A stretch of DNA of 64,000 nt, taken from the NCBI RefSeq assembly GCF_006345805.1, contig NC_043019.1:10973360-11037359 (forward strand), written 5' to 3'. Positions 23,712 through 36,098 of this stretch are shown one piece after another. How positions within the stretch are numbered: position 1 is the stretch's first letter; every line of letters begins with the position of its first letter. The translations under genes and the position numbers were made by a program. This DNA is from Octopus sinensis (taxonomy: Eukaryota). Below the pieces are notes generated by a model. It saw only the letters and a list, made by a program, of their open reading frames with translations, searched no databases and was not told where the DNA came from.

Positions 23712-23811
23712 TAATCCAAACAAGAAAACAAAAACAAAAAAAAACAACAACGCAAGGACGTGGAACGAATAAAGTATTATTGGACGCTCAGGAAAGAAGG
23801 GAAGAAGGAGG

Positions 23812-23846
23812 GTTTGACGTTTCGAGCGGAGCTCTTCGTCGGAAAC
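23812..23846 (-). ncRNA. Minimal type I hammerhead-ribozyme-like motif (U4C core) in a (TA)n-flanked element 23707-23924
   Basis: GTTT-CCGACGA-A-GAGC TCC GCTC-GAA-ACGT-C-AAAC: stem I GTTT/AAAC, stem II GAGC/GCTC, palindromic stem III ACGT, GUC cleavage triplet. Confidence 0.65.
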
Positions 23847-24439
23847 ATAGGAGAAGGAAAGATCCCGAGAAGGGAAGACAGAGGAAAAAAATCGCTAGTG
23901 ATACAGACGAGGTCACATACTAAAATATATATATATGCATACGCACATACATGTATACAAAGATATATATCTACGCAAACATTCATGTACACGCGTAGAC
24001 AAACGTATATATACTTACGTACACACACACACATATATACATATACATACATACATATATATATATATATACAACTTAATAAATAAAACATGCATACCTA
24101 CATACATATATGTACATACCTACATCTATATGTATATATACATGCATATATGGGTACAGGACACCACAAAAAGCGTAGAACACAACGAGAAACGAAAACA
24201 AAAACAAAACAAGGAAACGGCCTTTTTTTAACAACTTAAAAAACAGAGCACAAGACATACAACACAAGGAACCCCCCCTCTCCATATATATATATATATT
24301 ACGGAGATGTACCTGCATAGCGAGTGATTTGATCTGAGATCGTGTGCTGAAACGAAAACAATTGCAGCGTGGAAGGTGTTTATAAGCCATTTAAGAAACA
24401 CACAAAAGCCGTTCGATTCACTTCAACATTTAAGTTTAA

Positions 24440-24490
24440 TTTGCCAAAATATTTTCGTCGCTTTAAGACCGCGACCTGTTCACTGACAAA
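24440..24490 (-). ncRNA. Type I hammerhead-ribozyme-like motif with G3-C8 swapped core, in a (TA)n-flanked element 24301-24509
   Basis: TTTGTCA-GTGAACA-G-GTCGC GGTCTTAAA GCGAC-GAA-AATATT-T-TGGCAAA: 7-bp stem I, 5-bp stem II, palindromic stem III. Confidence 0.7.
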
Positions 24491-24599
24491 AATCCGTGCT
24501 GCATCTCTTTATATATATATAGACACACATATACGTATATACAAATACTTTCTGCATGTATATACAGGTGCACACTACTAAGCTGGTTGTAAAATGCAG

Positions 24600-24735
24600 A
24601 TGTCTGGCCGAGTGGATCCTTCGAACTTACTAAAACAACAGAAAAGGAAACCATGATGGTCCTCTGGAGGACTTTCGTTCACAGCCGTCTGGATTACTGT
24701 CCCCAACTGTGGTCACCAAACAGTGTAAGATTAAC
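24600..24735 (+). mobile_element. CR1-type RT fragment
   Basis: EKETMMVLWRTFVHSRLDYCPQLWSPN resembles the CR1 V.SRLDYC..LWSP motif. Confidence 0.7.
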
Positions 24736-24759
24736 GACGGCCATTCAAAGTAGACCTCA

Positions 24760-25231
24760 CGCATAGTTCCAGCAAGATGGGGCAACTGCACATACTGCAA
24801 GGGAAACAATGCAATTGCTACGGCAGCGCTTTGGAGAGAGAATAATCTCCCACTACGGCAATGTCAACTGGCCTTCACGTTCCCCAGACTTGACTAGCAC
24901 GGATTTTTTCTTGTGGGTATACCTGAAAGAGAGAGTTTACGTCAGCAAACCGGAGATCCTGGTGCAACTGAAAGAGAACATCAATAGAGAAATCAGTAAA
25001 GTGGTGTTATGGTGCAAGCTTTGGAAAGAGCAAGGGTGTGCGAAGTCGAAAATGGCTGCCATTTAAGCAATGTCATTTTTCATATGTGATGTAGTGGTGT
25101 TGCAAAATTTGACTTGTGCAGATTAATTTCCATTATGTCCTTTATATTGTTTCAAAATTTCATGCATTTATTTGTAAAGTTAAGGAAGTTATTAAAAATT
25201 GAAACCCATCAGTGACTTTTGGGACACCCTG
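24760..25231 (+). mobile_element. Tc1/mariner transposase C-terminal fragment and right TIR
   Basis: QQDGATAHTA..TMQLLRQRFGERIIS....NWPSRSPDLTSTDFFLWVYLKERVY; terminus ...TTTTGGGACACCCTG followed by TA. Confidence 0.88.
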
Positions 25232-25419
25232 TACATACATACAATATATACATACATACACACACACACATACACACACGCACAGATATAACTGGCATTC
25301 CGTTGGCTACTACGACGAGGGTTCCAGTCGATCCGATCAACGGAACAGCCTGCTCGTGAAATTAACATGCAAGTGGTTGAGCACTCGACAGACACGCATA
25401 CCCTTAATTCACTTGTCCG

Positions 25420-26390
25420 CGACGAAAAATTCTCCTCCAGTACTGTTCTGACCTCGTCTACAGAATTCATATTTTTCCATCCAAATTATTTTGTAGAATG
25501 CGATATAAATGACAATCAGATGTGGCGTCCAGCGAATATGGTGAGTGGGGTATCGTTTCCCATTCAAACTGCTCCAGCCTTAGGAATGTTATCCTCACTG
25601 TAAGCGGCCGAGCTTTTATCCTGATGGAAGAACACCTTTCGTCTTTGCAACTAAAGATGGTCGTTTTCCTTCTAGCGCTGATTTAAGCTGCTGAAACAGC
25701 TCACAGTAGATCTTCTTTGCTATCGTTTAGTTCGGGTTTAAAATTTCAAAGTGGACTAAACCTTTCATATCTCACCAAACAGATAGCAACATCTCGTGGG
25801 TGAAGACCTTCTTTAAGCCTGGGGTGCTGATGTTTCTCCTTTCCCTACCCACTGTCTTCGGCGCTTGATATTTTTTATAGAGAACCCATTTCACATCACC
25901 AGTCACTATTCTGTCCAAAAAGGGTTCATTCGTGAAATGTGACAGCAAAGAAGAGCACACATTCACTCTGACTCGGAAAGTTTGTGAAGAATCATTTGAC
26001 CCAATTTGCTGACTTTTCCAATTGCACGCAGGTGCCGATAAATGGTTGAATGACCAAATCCAAGCTTCTCTGTTAGTTCCACAACAGTTATGATGGGATT
26101 TTATTCCACTAAGGTTTGCAGGACGTCCTCATCGAGCTCTACAGATCTTCCTGGACGGGGCTCATCTTCTAGGCTGTAGTTTCCGGCTCAGAATTTCTGG
26201 AGCCACCGTTGACAGTGGCTTACGCTTATTATCCGATCTCCATATACTGCATTAATATTCCTTGCACTTTCCGTTGCGTTGTTGCCTCTTAAAGCAAAAT
26301 ATGCCGAATATGACATAAAATATGTAAACCTATGAAGTACACATAACGTGTCAATTGTGATTATTTTTCCATACACTGAAATTAATAATG
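25420..26390 (-). mobile_element. Decayed mariner transposase
   Basis: GNNATESARNINAVYGDRIISVSHCQRWLQKF ... EPFLDRIVTGDVKWVLY; third copy of the family in the window. Confidence 0.88.
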
Positions 26391-27104
26391 GATAGTTTTA
26401 TTTGATTACTCTTTACTCTTGTTTCAGTCATTGTTTCATTCAGTTTCCGTCTACCATATCCACCCACTCACAAGGCTTTAGTCGGCCCGAGGCTATTGTA
26501 GAAGACATTTGCCCAAGGTGCCATGCAGTGGGAATGAACTTGGAACCATGTGGTTGGTAAGCAAACTACTTACCACGCTGCTACACAATTTCTGTCTACT
26601 AAACCCACTCACAAAGCCTGGGGGCCAACAAAGATGTGTGCCGCACTGTGGGACTGAAACTACATGATTAAATTGTAAAGTGAGCTTCTTAACCACGCCT
26701 CTGGTGCTCTTTGTTTTTTGAGGCCTACTTGGTTGCTATTTCTAGCATGCTGAAAAAAACCCAACTTATACCCCCCTCCTTTCCCTTTCTTGTTCGCAAA
26801 TTTCCTTCTTTCGAAAACGTTCTTGAAAAACCATCGAGAACTGATGTCGCTAAAGTAGCAAATACCGAGACTAGTCACTGCTACGACTACTGGCGACGTT
26901 GCGATGTCGACAGCTCGAAGTGGCGATGTGCGTGTGAATTCCGGCAGAGTCATTTAAAGGGGTGCAGGCGGCGAAATCATCATCTATAATGCACACGCAC
27001 TGTTTATAGTTATTACAAGCCCCACCTGCTTTACGGAACAGTTGCGTTAATAAATTGTCTTACACGGGCGCTGTTAATTCTTCAGAGCGTCCCGCCCCCG
27101 ACGT

Positions 27105-27315
27105 ACGAAAGAGTTGCTTTCATAGAAATCTTGCCCCTACGGCGGCATTTAATGCATACACGCTGTTCATTATTATTAGACAGCCTTCGAGTTACGGAAA
27201 AGTTGCGTTCATAGAAATCTTGCCATTACGGTGACATTTAATGCATACACGTTGTTCATTATTATTAGGCAGCCTTCGAGTTACGGAAGAGTTGCGTTCA
27301 TAGAAAATGCTGCCG
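27105..27315. repeat. 89-bp tandem repeat, about 2.4 copies
   Basis: CATAGAAA recurs at 27121, 27210 and 27299 with the intervening sequence conserved. Confidence 0.85.
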
Positions 27316-27454
27316 TAATGAATATGCGTTGTTCATTTCGACTTCGCCTTTTTCCTTTCGGAGTCGATGAAATAAGTGCCACTTGGGCACTGGGGTCAAT
27401 GTAATCGACTTACAACCCCACCCCAAATCAGGCATTGTGCTTCCAGTAGAAAAG

Positions 27455-27509
<55 letters not shown>

Positions 27510-27511
<2 letters not shown>

Positions 27512-27980
27512 GAGTGAGAGAGCAGTGCATGCCATCAAAGTGACACTGGAGTAAAATATACGAAGCCCAGTATACCCATCATGACTACCCGTCTGATAAG
27601 GGTACACCAGGCACATGCATCACAACCATATGTGCGCGACATGGTGATCTCATATCAAGATAAACAGCTCATGACCTTGCAGGTGGGGCCCAGTTAGAAT
27701 TTTCTTCAGGTCGAGTAGCCCATCCTGCTCAAAAGGTCCCTGAATAAGGATTGTTTAAGGATGTTGAACGAAACACCAATGTTTCCAGAGGTGAATTATT
27801 CAAACCCCAAAGAATCCCTCTCAACACATGGCTATGATGCTCCCCCACTACTTCTGCTCATGATCAGAGATGCACATATCGTCAGCCACTAAGGGACATG
27901 CTCAACTGGTTAAGGTCAAACAACTGACAAGCAAATCTGTGGTATTGAGCAGAATATTTGCTGTAGCCCATCTTTTATAC

Positions 27981-27982
<2 letters not shown>
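27510..27982. mobile_element. About 470-bp non-coding interspersed element embedded in (TTA)n
   Basis: Complex sequence bounded on both sides by pure (TTA)n, no ORF; origin is inference. Confidence 0.55.
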
Positions 27983-28011
<29 letters not shown>

Positions 28012-28588
28012 GTTATTATTATTATTATCATCAATAGTAATAATAATCGTTTCTACTATAGGCACAAGGCCTGAAATTTATGGGGGAGAGGGCCCAGTCG
28101 ATTAGATCAACCCCAATGCACAACTGATAGTTAATTTATCGACCCCCGAAAGGATGAAAGGCAAAGCCGACCTCGGCGGAATTTGAACTCAGACCGTAAC
28201 GACGGGTGAGATACCGTTAAGCATTTCGTTCAGCTTGCTAACGATTCTGCCAGCTCAAGAAAGTTAGAGGTTGTGGGTCCAACCCACCAAGGGATAATAT
28301 CTATCCAATATACTGTTGGTAGAATACCCAATTATTAATACACAAGTGTTTTTTATTGCATTGCAATTAACTTACCTATTGTATTAAATGGGTGAAGGTA
28401 AAGAAATATTTTACCATTAATTTATATTGCAAATAAGAAAATGGAGAAGCACTTTAGTTGGTTCATCAACTTTAGGACATTAAAATGTTAACTTATTTAT
28501 TTATCAAACGACAACCATAACAACATACATACATATAGTATATTATTCTATGCATATAAATAAGAATACAAGCAATTATTAAAAAACA

Positions 28589-28634
<46 letters not shown>

Positions 28635-28716
28635 ATATATTATATATATATATAGTCGCCATGATAGATCGTTAGCCACTACACACATTTTTTCTCTCCT
28701 TGTTTCTCTCTGTGTA

Positions 28717-28754
28717 TCTTTCTGTCGAAGAGCGTAGACTCGAAACGTAAAAGA
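28717..28754 (+). ncRNA. Degenerate type I hammerhead-like motif (A6U core) in a (TA)n-flanked element 28655-28841
   Basis: TCTTT-CTGTCGA-A-GAG CGTAGA CTC-GAA-ACGT-A-AAAGA. Confidence 0.5.
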
Positions 28755-28838
28755 CTTTCTATTCCTGAGCGTGATACTAATACATCTGTTTGTTTTGTAC
28801 ACCACCTGTCATCGTCTTTTGTCTTTTTCGTAAACTCT

Positions 28839-28922
<84 letters not shown>

Positions 28923-29923
28923 CACATATACATACACTCACAAACATGTATACAATACACACATATACATAAAACAGTTATTGATACATACAAACACGTT
29001 AGTTTGAATTGAGTCACTTGCTCAAACTTCGAGGTTACTCACAATCTTAAAAGAAAATAAGCATTTTATTCTACTTCATGTATTGAGTTCTTAATCCAAT
29101 AAATACTTTCGTTTTTATAGAAAAATATATACAAAAATATACACACACACATATATACTTATATACGCACGTACCTACATAGACACACATACATATATAC
29201 TTATACACACACACACATATATATATATACTTATATACACACACACACACAGATATGACTGTGTGAAAGAGGCGATGTGTACATAAATAAAGCAAGCAAG
29301 ATCTTCGATCAAACACTTCGCCACAGCGCCCTCATGCGGTGACTTTTATAAAACACTTGAACGAGGAGAGGTGAGTGGGGGGACGAAGCATAAAGAAAAA
29401 AAAAACAGGAAAGAAAAAAACCCCCAACAACCCAGAACAAAACAAATGAGGTTTGCCCACCCAAATCGCATTCAAATGGTATAATTTATTTCACTTTTAT
29501 CGCCTTCGCTTCTTTTAGATTTGCATCTTTGCGAAGTGCTTTTTTTATTTTTCTGTGTCTACTCTGTATTGCTTTGAAGACGATGTAACTATAATAATGA
29601 ACAAAAGCTTTGTTCTGGTTACGATATCGCACACAAACCCAGACCTATTCTGTCTTGTATTTTAATTGGATCAACCTAGATGCAGAGGCGCCAGACTGCT
29701 GTCCCTTGCGTGTCCATGTTTCTACGGAAAACAATGCATTCCTTGATATAATGTTTTTTTTTTGTTTTTTATATTGTTGTGTATTTTTTGTTTTGTTGTT
29801 AAGTTTTTGCTGTTGTCATTTAAAAACGAAAGAAAAACGTTTAACCCCAGGTCAGACCTGATCGATGCAAACTTATGATCAAAGACGTTCCAGCTGTGAA
29901 CATTCATTTTTTCAGTCTATTCT

Positions 29924-29970
<47 letters not shown>

Positions 29971-30233
29971 CTGGTTTCAGTCATTTTGGATGCGACCATG
30001 CTGGAGCACCTCCTTAATGCTTCTTTTTCTCTCCTGAAGTCGATCATATAAATTCTATTAACCGTTCCAACCCTTTTTTAATCGATCCTCATTCGTCGAA
30101 CTACTAAGTTACGGGACATACAAGGTCAACAGAAAGACAAACATATACACATACGTATATAAATCATATATGCATGTGCGTGTGTGTTTGCATGTACGTG
30201 TGTGTGTATATATATATATACATACACAACACA

Positions 30234-30273
<40 letters not shown>

Positions 30274-30537
30274 GTATATATATATTCTTTTATTCTTTTA
30301 CTTGTTTCAGTCATTTGACTGCGGCCATGCAGGAGCACCACCTTGAGGGGTTTTAGTCGAACAAATCGACCCCAGGACTTATTATTTTAAGCCTAGTACT
30401 TATTCTATCAGTCCATTTTGCTGAACCGCTAGATTACGGGGACGTAAACACATCAACACCGGTTGTCAAGCGGTGATGGTGAGGATTAACACAGACATAA
30501 AGGCATATACACATAGTTATACACACACACAAACACA

Positions 30538-30755
<218 letters not shown>

Positions 30756-31209
30756 TATATATATAATTAATCCAAACAAGAAAACACAAAAAAACACAAC
30801 AACGCGAGGATGTGGAACAAATATAGTATTATTGGACGCTCAGGAAAGAAGGACGGGCTTCTTTCAGTTTCCGTCTACCAAATCCACTCACAAGAACCCA
30901 GAGCCTGTGGTTGAGAAAACAAACTCCTTACCACACAGCCATGCCTGCGCCTTAACTAAAGGTCAAAGGTGACCCAGAGTTAAACAACAACAACAACAAC
31001 AGCATCTCCAGTTATCTTTGTCAATCAGTCTAAAGTGATGATGGGGGGGGGGTTGTGGGGAAGTATCAAGAGCCTATAGGGATGACACCCCCCACCTCCG
31101 CTTCCCCTCTTCTTTCTCTCCTTTCTCAGGAATTATTTTCCTTTTTAATAAAATAAAAATTTGCATTTTTCCCAGAAAGATCGATGTGTACAGAATTAAC
31201 TGACTGTTG

Positions 31210-31661
31210 TTATTGGTGATGTTGATGATGCTGATGGTGGAGATGCTGCTACTTCTGGTGATGATGCTGATGGTGGTAGTGATGATGGTGATGATAACGA
31301 TGACGACGACGACTACGGCCAGGATGATGATGATGATGGTGATGATGATGGTGATAGTGTAGATTATGTTGAAGATGAAGATGATGATGATGTTGATGAT
31401 GAGGATGATGATGATGTTAATGATGAGGATGATGATGGTGATGATGGTGGTGGTGATGATGATGATGATGATGATGTTGATGGTGGTGGTAGTGATGATG
31501 GTGATAACGATGACGACGACGACGACTACGACCAGGATGATGATGATGATTGCGATGCTGGTGATAGTGTAGATGACGTTGAAGATGCAGATGACGATGA
31601 TGATGATGATGATGACGACGATGAGGAAGACAACGACGATGATGATGATGAAGATGATGAT

Positions 31662-31693
<32 letters not shown>

Positions 31694-31716
31694 TGATGAT
31701 GATGATGATGATAATG

Positions 31717-31787
<71 letters not shown>

Positions 31788-31965
31788 GATGGTGGTGGTG
31801 ATGATGAGGATGATAATGCTGATGAAAATGACGACGATGATGGTGATGATGATGATGACGATGATGATGGTGGTGGTGATGATGGTAGTGAAGATAATGA
31901 TAGTGGTAGTGATGTTGATGATGATGACAACGACGGTGATGATGACGATGATGACGTAGATGTTG
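31210..31965. repeat. Degenerate (GAT/GAC/GGT)n array with an internal block duplication (about 31275-31390 vs 31485-31600)
   Basis: Directly visible; source of the 303-aa low-complexity pseudo-ORF. Confidence 0.9.
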
Positions 31966-32529
31966 ATACTGTTGTTACTCCGCAACTTTACTCCCCACCC
32001 CCGCCGTCACCATCACCATCACCACCACCTTGCCCCACATAGTCCCGCCCCACCGCACCCCTAGCCTGAAATTCAGAATATATTCGGATTTGATTGATCA
32101 CAAATCGATATATATCATTCCTAATCCGATTATCAGAGATCGATAATTATCATCCAGATCAATAACGCTGATGCGGGTATTTAGATATTGGTTCAGCTAT
32201 TGGAGAACAAAAAAAAAACCAAACAAATCAACAACAGCAAAAAAAAAAATGATAGCAACATTAAAAAAAAATACCTCGAAAGGTGTTTTGGAGGTGATGA
32301 CCTGTCTGTTGTTGATTACTCGCAACATTGAAAGGGGTAGTTAACGGGTAGGTAGACGATATAGCCAGGTAGGTATATGATGACAATGATGAAGATGATG
32401 ATGATGACTATGATGATAGTCCGATTATATAAGAGCGCATTATATATATAATATATATATATATAACGGAAGCTTTATGAAAATAGACAAAAGACGAAGC
32501 AGGTGGAAAACAAACGAACATTGTATTAG

Positions 32530-32564
<35 letters not shown>

Positions 32565-32608
32565 GGAGACCAAGTGTACGTACGCCGCTAAATATATATT
32601 AGATAATA

Positions 32609-32653
<45 letters not shown>

Positions 32654-33089
32654 AAGTGGATAAGTACGCAAAACATCCAGACAGTTAGGTGATACAAGAA
32701 AGGGACAACAAAACTTCCAGATAGACGATACAAAGAAAACAAGGACGGACCATTCGGAGTTTTCTTTCCTCAGTCGAGTTCCTGATTATCTTTGCAATTT
32801 TGCAATTTCGGCTGGTTATACACGAGATTGCTCCAATCTGGCCAGCCCCGAGGAAAAACCAAGCTAAGAGCATTAGATTCCTTGGAAGAAAGCAACGAAT
32901 GTATACGAAAACAAGGACGGGGGAAAAAACGGAGAATGTTACACAAATACAAATAACAGGACATAACATCAGGTGTCTTTTGACTAACGACGAATTGAAT
33001 TAAATTACTCAAGGTGTCACGCAGTGGGATTGAACGCGGAACCGTGTGGTTGGGAAGCACAGCCACAATATATAGATATATATATATAA

Positions 33090-33126
<37 letters not shown>

Positions 33127-33199
33127 TGAGAGAATATTATTCCAAACTTACAGTTGGTGTAATTAAGTTTTAATTTTAATTTATAAAAAGTGGGTTTCT

Positions 33200-33390
33200 T
33201 TCTAATGGTACCCACGCGAGCGGGAAAGACCACCCGGAAGACCTCCACGGCGGTGGAGTTACGATTTCAGGAGGACGATTGGGATTACGTGGATGAGAAA
33301 GGCGCGATCCAGAGAGGAGTGGACAGCGTGCTGTGACCAGCGATGTCAAATGACGCCTGACGGACTGGTCGGTCAAGTGATCAAGTGATA
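33200..33390 (+). mobile_element. RTE LINE 3' end
   Basis: RPPGRPPRRWSYDF...WMRKARSREEWTACCDQRCQMTPDGLVGQVIK* resembles the RTE R.RGRP..RW...A.DR..W terminus; (TA)n follows. Confidence 0.75.
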
Positions 33391-33399
33391 TATATATAT

Positions 33400-33447
<48 letters not shown>

Positions 33448-34055
33448 GTATATATATATAAATGTATATGTATGTATATATATATATAAATGTATATGTA
33501 TATGTGTATATATATATATATTATATTATAATTATTATATATATATATATATATATGCATACATGTATACACACACACACACAAATATTGTATTTCGGGA
33601 CGGTCACTTTTTTTTGTGAAATAAACACACGCACTATATATTCGTCCTTCACTCGTTTATTACTGTTCTTATTCTAACTCATGTCCACTGTCCGGAGATC
33701 TTTCGTCACATATTTATATATACACATATTATGTCTGTATGAAGCAACGAGGAAGAACCCCAAATGACAAACCTGTTAGATATAGCAACCATATCTGCCT
33801 CAAATTCTACCCTTCGTTTTAATATATTCACGCATGCTCGATTGAGATGAACCTATATGTGTTAAAACCACATGCTAAAATTAGCCCCCAAATTGCTATC
33901 GAGGCACGTCCTAGTGTTAAATGTTTGTATTAATATATGGATGACCTTCATGTGGAAGAATGACATGTTAGAAATAGCAGCTGTCAAATGAAACCCAACA
34001 ATCTTAGGTGACTAGGGTTCATGCAGTGCTACAGTATAGAAATGTGGTGTGAGTG

Positions 34056-34099
<44 letters not shown>

Positions 34100-34218
34100 G
34101 GTTTTCGTGTGACAGTATTTGTGTATTCGTGTCTGTGCATTGTGTGTGTGCGTGCGCGCGCCTACGCGAGTGAGTGCTTTTTTGCGTTTATGCTTATGCT
34201 CCTCATATATATATATAC

Positions 34219-34256
<38 letters not shown>

Positions 34257-34308
34257 TATATTAATATATATATATATATATATATATATTAATATATATA
34301 ATATATAT

Positions 34309-34412
<104 letters not shown>

Positions 34413-34652
34413 TAATATATATATAATATGTATATATATGTATGTATGTATATATATATATATAATGTTATTATGTATTTATATACTCTCTAATATCCGA
34501 AAATATCATTCTACATCATAACAATCTGACCACCACCACCACCACAACCTTGCTGCTGTTAACGATGATGTTCTTACAGTGAGAACGATGACAATGACGA
34601 CGTCAATGATGGTGTCGATAATGATGCACATGATGATGATGATGATGATGGC

Positions 34653-34701
<49 letters not shown>

Positions 34702-34804
34702 TTATTGTTGTAGTGACAATGGTGACGGCAATGGTTGTGATTCTAATGATGATGATTACGACAACAACGACGTCAACGGTCATGTTGATGATGATGATGA
34801 CGAC

Positions 34805-34841
<37 letters not shown>

Positions 34842-34954
34842 CTATAGTGATGATGGTGGGGGGTAAGGAGATAAGTTTGCCAATGTGATTGGTTTATTTT
34901 GCTTGTGTTTATTCTAATAAATGCCGCATTTTTTAAAAAAGCTTTTCTAAATTG

Positions 34955-35022
34955 ATCCAAGATGGCGGAGAGAATCCCGTTTAGTTTTTGTCATTTCCGG
35001 TGTTTAGACATGTCACGTGAGT
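34955..35022 (+). promoter_or_regulatory. Candidate housekeeping-type promoter and first exon
   Basis: CAAGATGGCGG (YY1-like, 34958-34968), TTCCGG (ETS-like), TCACGTGA E-box overlapping a GTGAGT donor at 35017; downstream context is cut by the gap. Confidence 0.35.
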
Positions 35023-35094
35023 AAGACGTTTGTTTGTAAATAGCAAGGCCATCGAGACCGTATTTACATGAGACGGTACACACACACACACACA

Positions 35095-35123
35095 GAGACA
35101 GACAGACAGACAGACATACATAC

Positions 35124-35214
<91 letters not shown>

Positions 35215-35393
35215 CGGGTAGGTTGATGAATAGATAAATAGATAGATAGATATAGAGGGAGAGAGAGAGAGAAAGAGAGACAGACATGAGCCGGTAGATA
35301 GATTGATAGATATAAACAGATAAAAGGGAAGATTATATATACGTAGATAGATGATAGATAGGTTGTCTGACTGACATACAGACAGACAGATAA

Positions 35394-35469
<76 letters not shown>

Positions 35470-35771
35470 CATGTTAGCTAGCTAGATAGATAGACAGACA
35501 TACAGAGATAAATAAATGGATAGTCGGATAGATGGATAGATAGATAGATAGACAGACAGAGAGATTGACAGAGAGAGAGGCAGATAGATAGACATAGATA
35601 GATAGGCAGATATATAGGTAGAAAGACAGCTTGATAAATAGATAAAGAGAGATAGACAATCCAACAGATAAATAAGTAGATAGACCGATAGATAGACAAA
35701 CAGGCAGAGACAAACAGGCAGACAGACATGTAGACAATTAGATAGATAGATAGATAGATAGATAGACAGAC

Positions 35772-35846
<75 letters not shown>

Positions 35847-35900
35847 CAATCAGACAGACAGATAAATAGATAAATAGATAAATAGATAGACAGACGGACA
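35095..35900. repeat. (GATA)n/(GACA)n compound microsatellite
   Basis: Directly visible. Confidence 0.95.
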
Positions 35901-35998
35901 AATAGACTGTGAGACAGTTTCCATGTTTATGATTTAGCGTTGCAGGATCGAACCCCAGCGACTACGCATTTCTCTCCAAAATGACGACAGCACTATCA

Positions 35999-36098
35999 NN
36001 NNNNNNNNNNNNNNNNNNNNNNNNNNNNNNNNNNNNNNNNNNNNNNNNNNNNNNNNNNNNNNNNNNNNNNNNNNNNNNNNNNNNNNNNNNNNNNNNNN
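35999..36098. other. Assembly gap (100 N)
   Basis: Exactly 100 Ns, a conventional unknown-size join; contiguity across it is not guaranteed. Confidence 0.99.

Noticed and set aside
27105-27315. Tandem units as a CRISPR-like array
   Set aside because: Whole 89-bp units repeat with no unique spacers; eukaryotic context and no cas genes.
31074-31985. Longest ORF in the track (303 aa) and similar poly-I/H/M/T/YI ORFs
   Set aside because: Translations of triplet and dinucleotide microsatellites that lack stops by composition; no domain or splice support.
32740-32785. CTGAGGA core with GAA-TGGTCCGT-C on the minus strand in another (TA)n-adjacent repeat
   Set aside because: Possibly a decayed hammerhead, but stems I and II do not pair in this copy.
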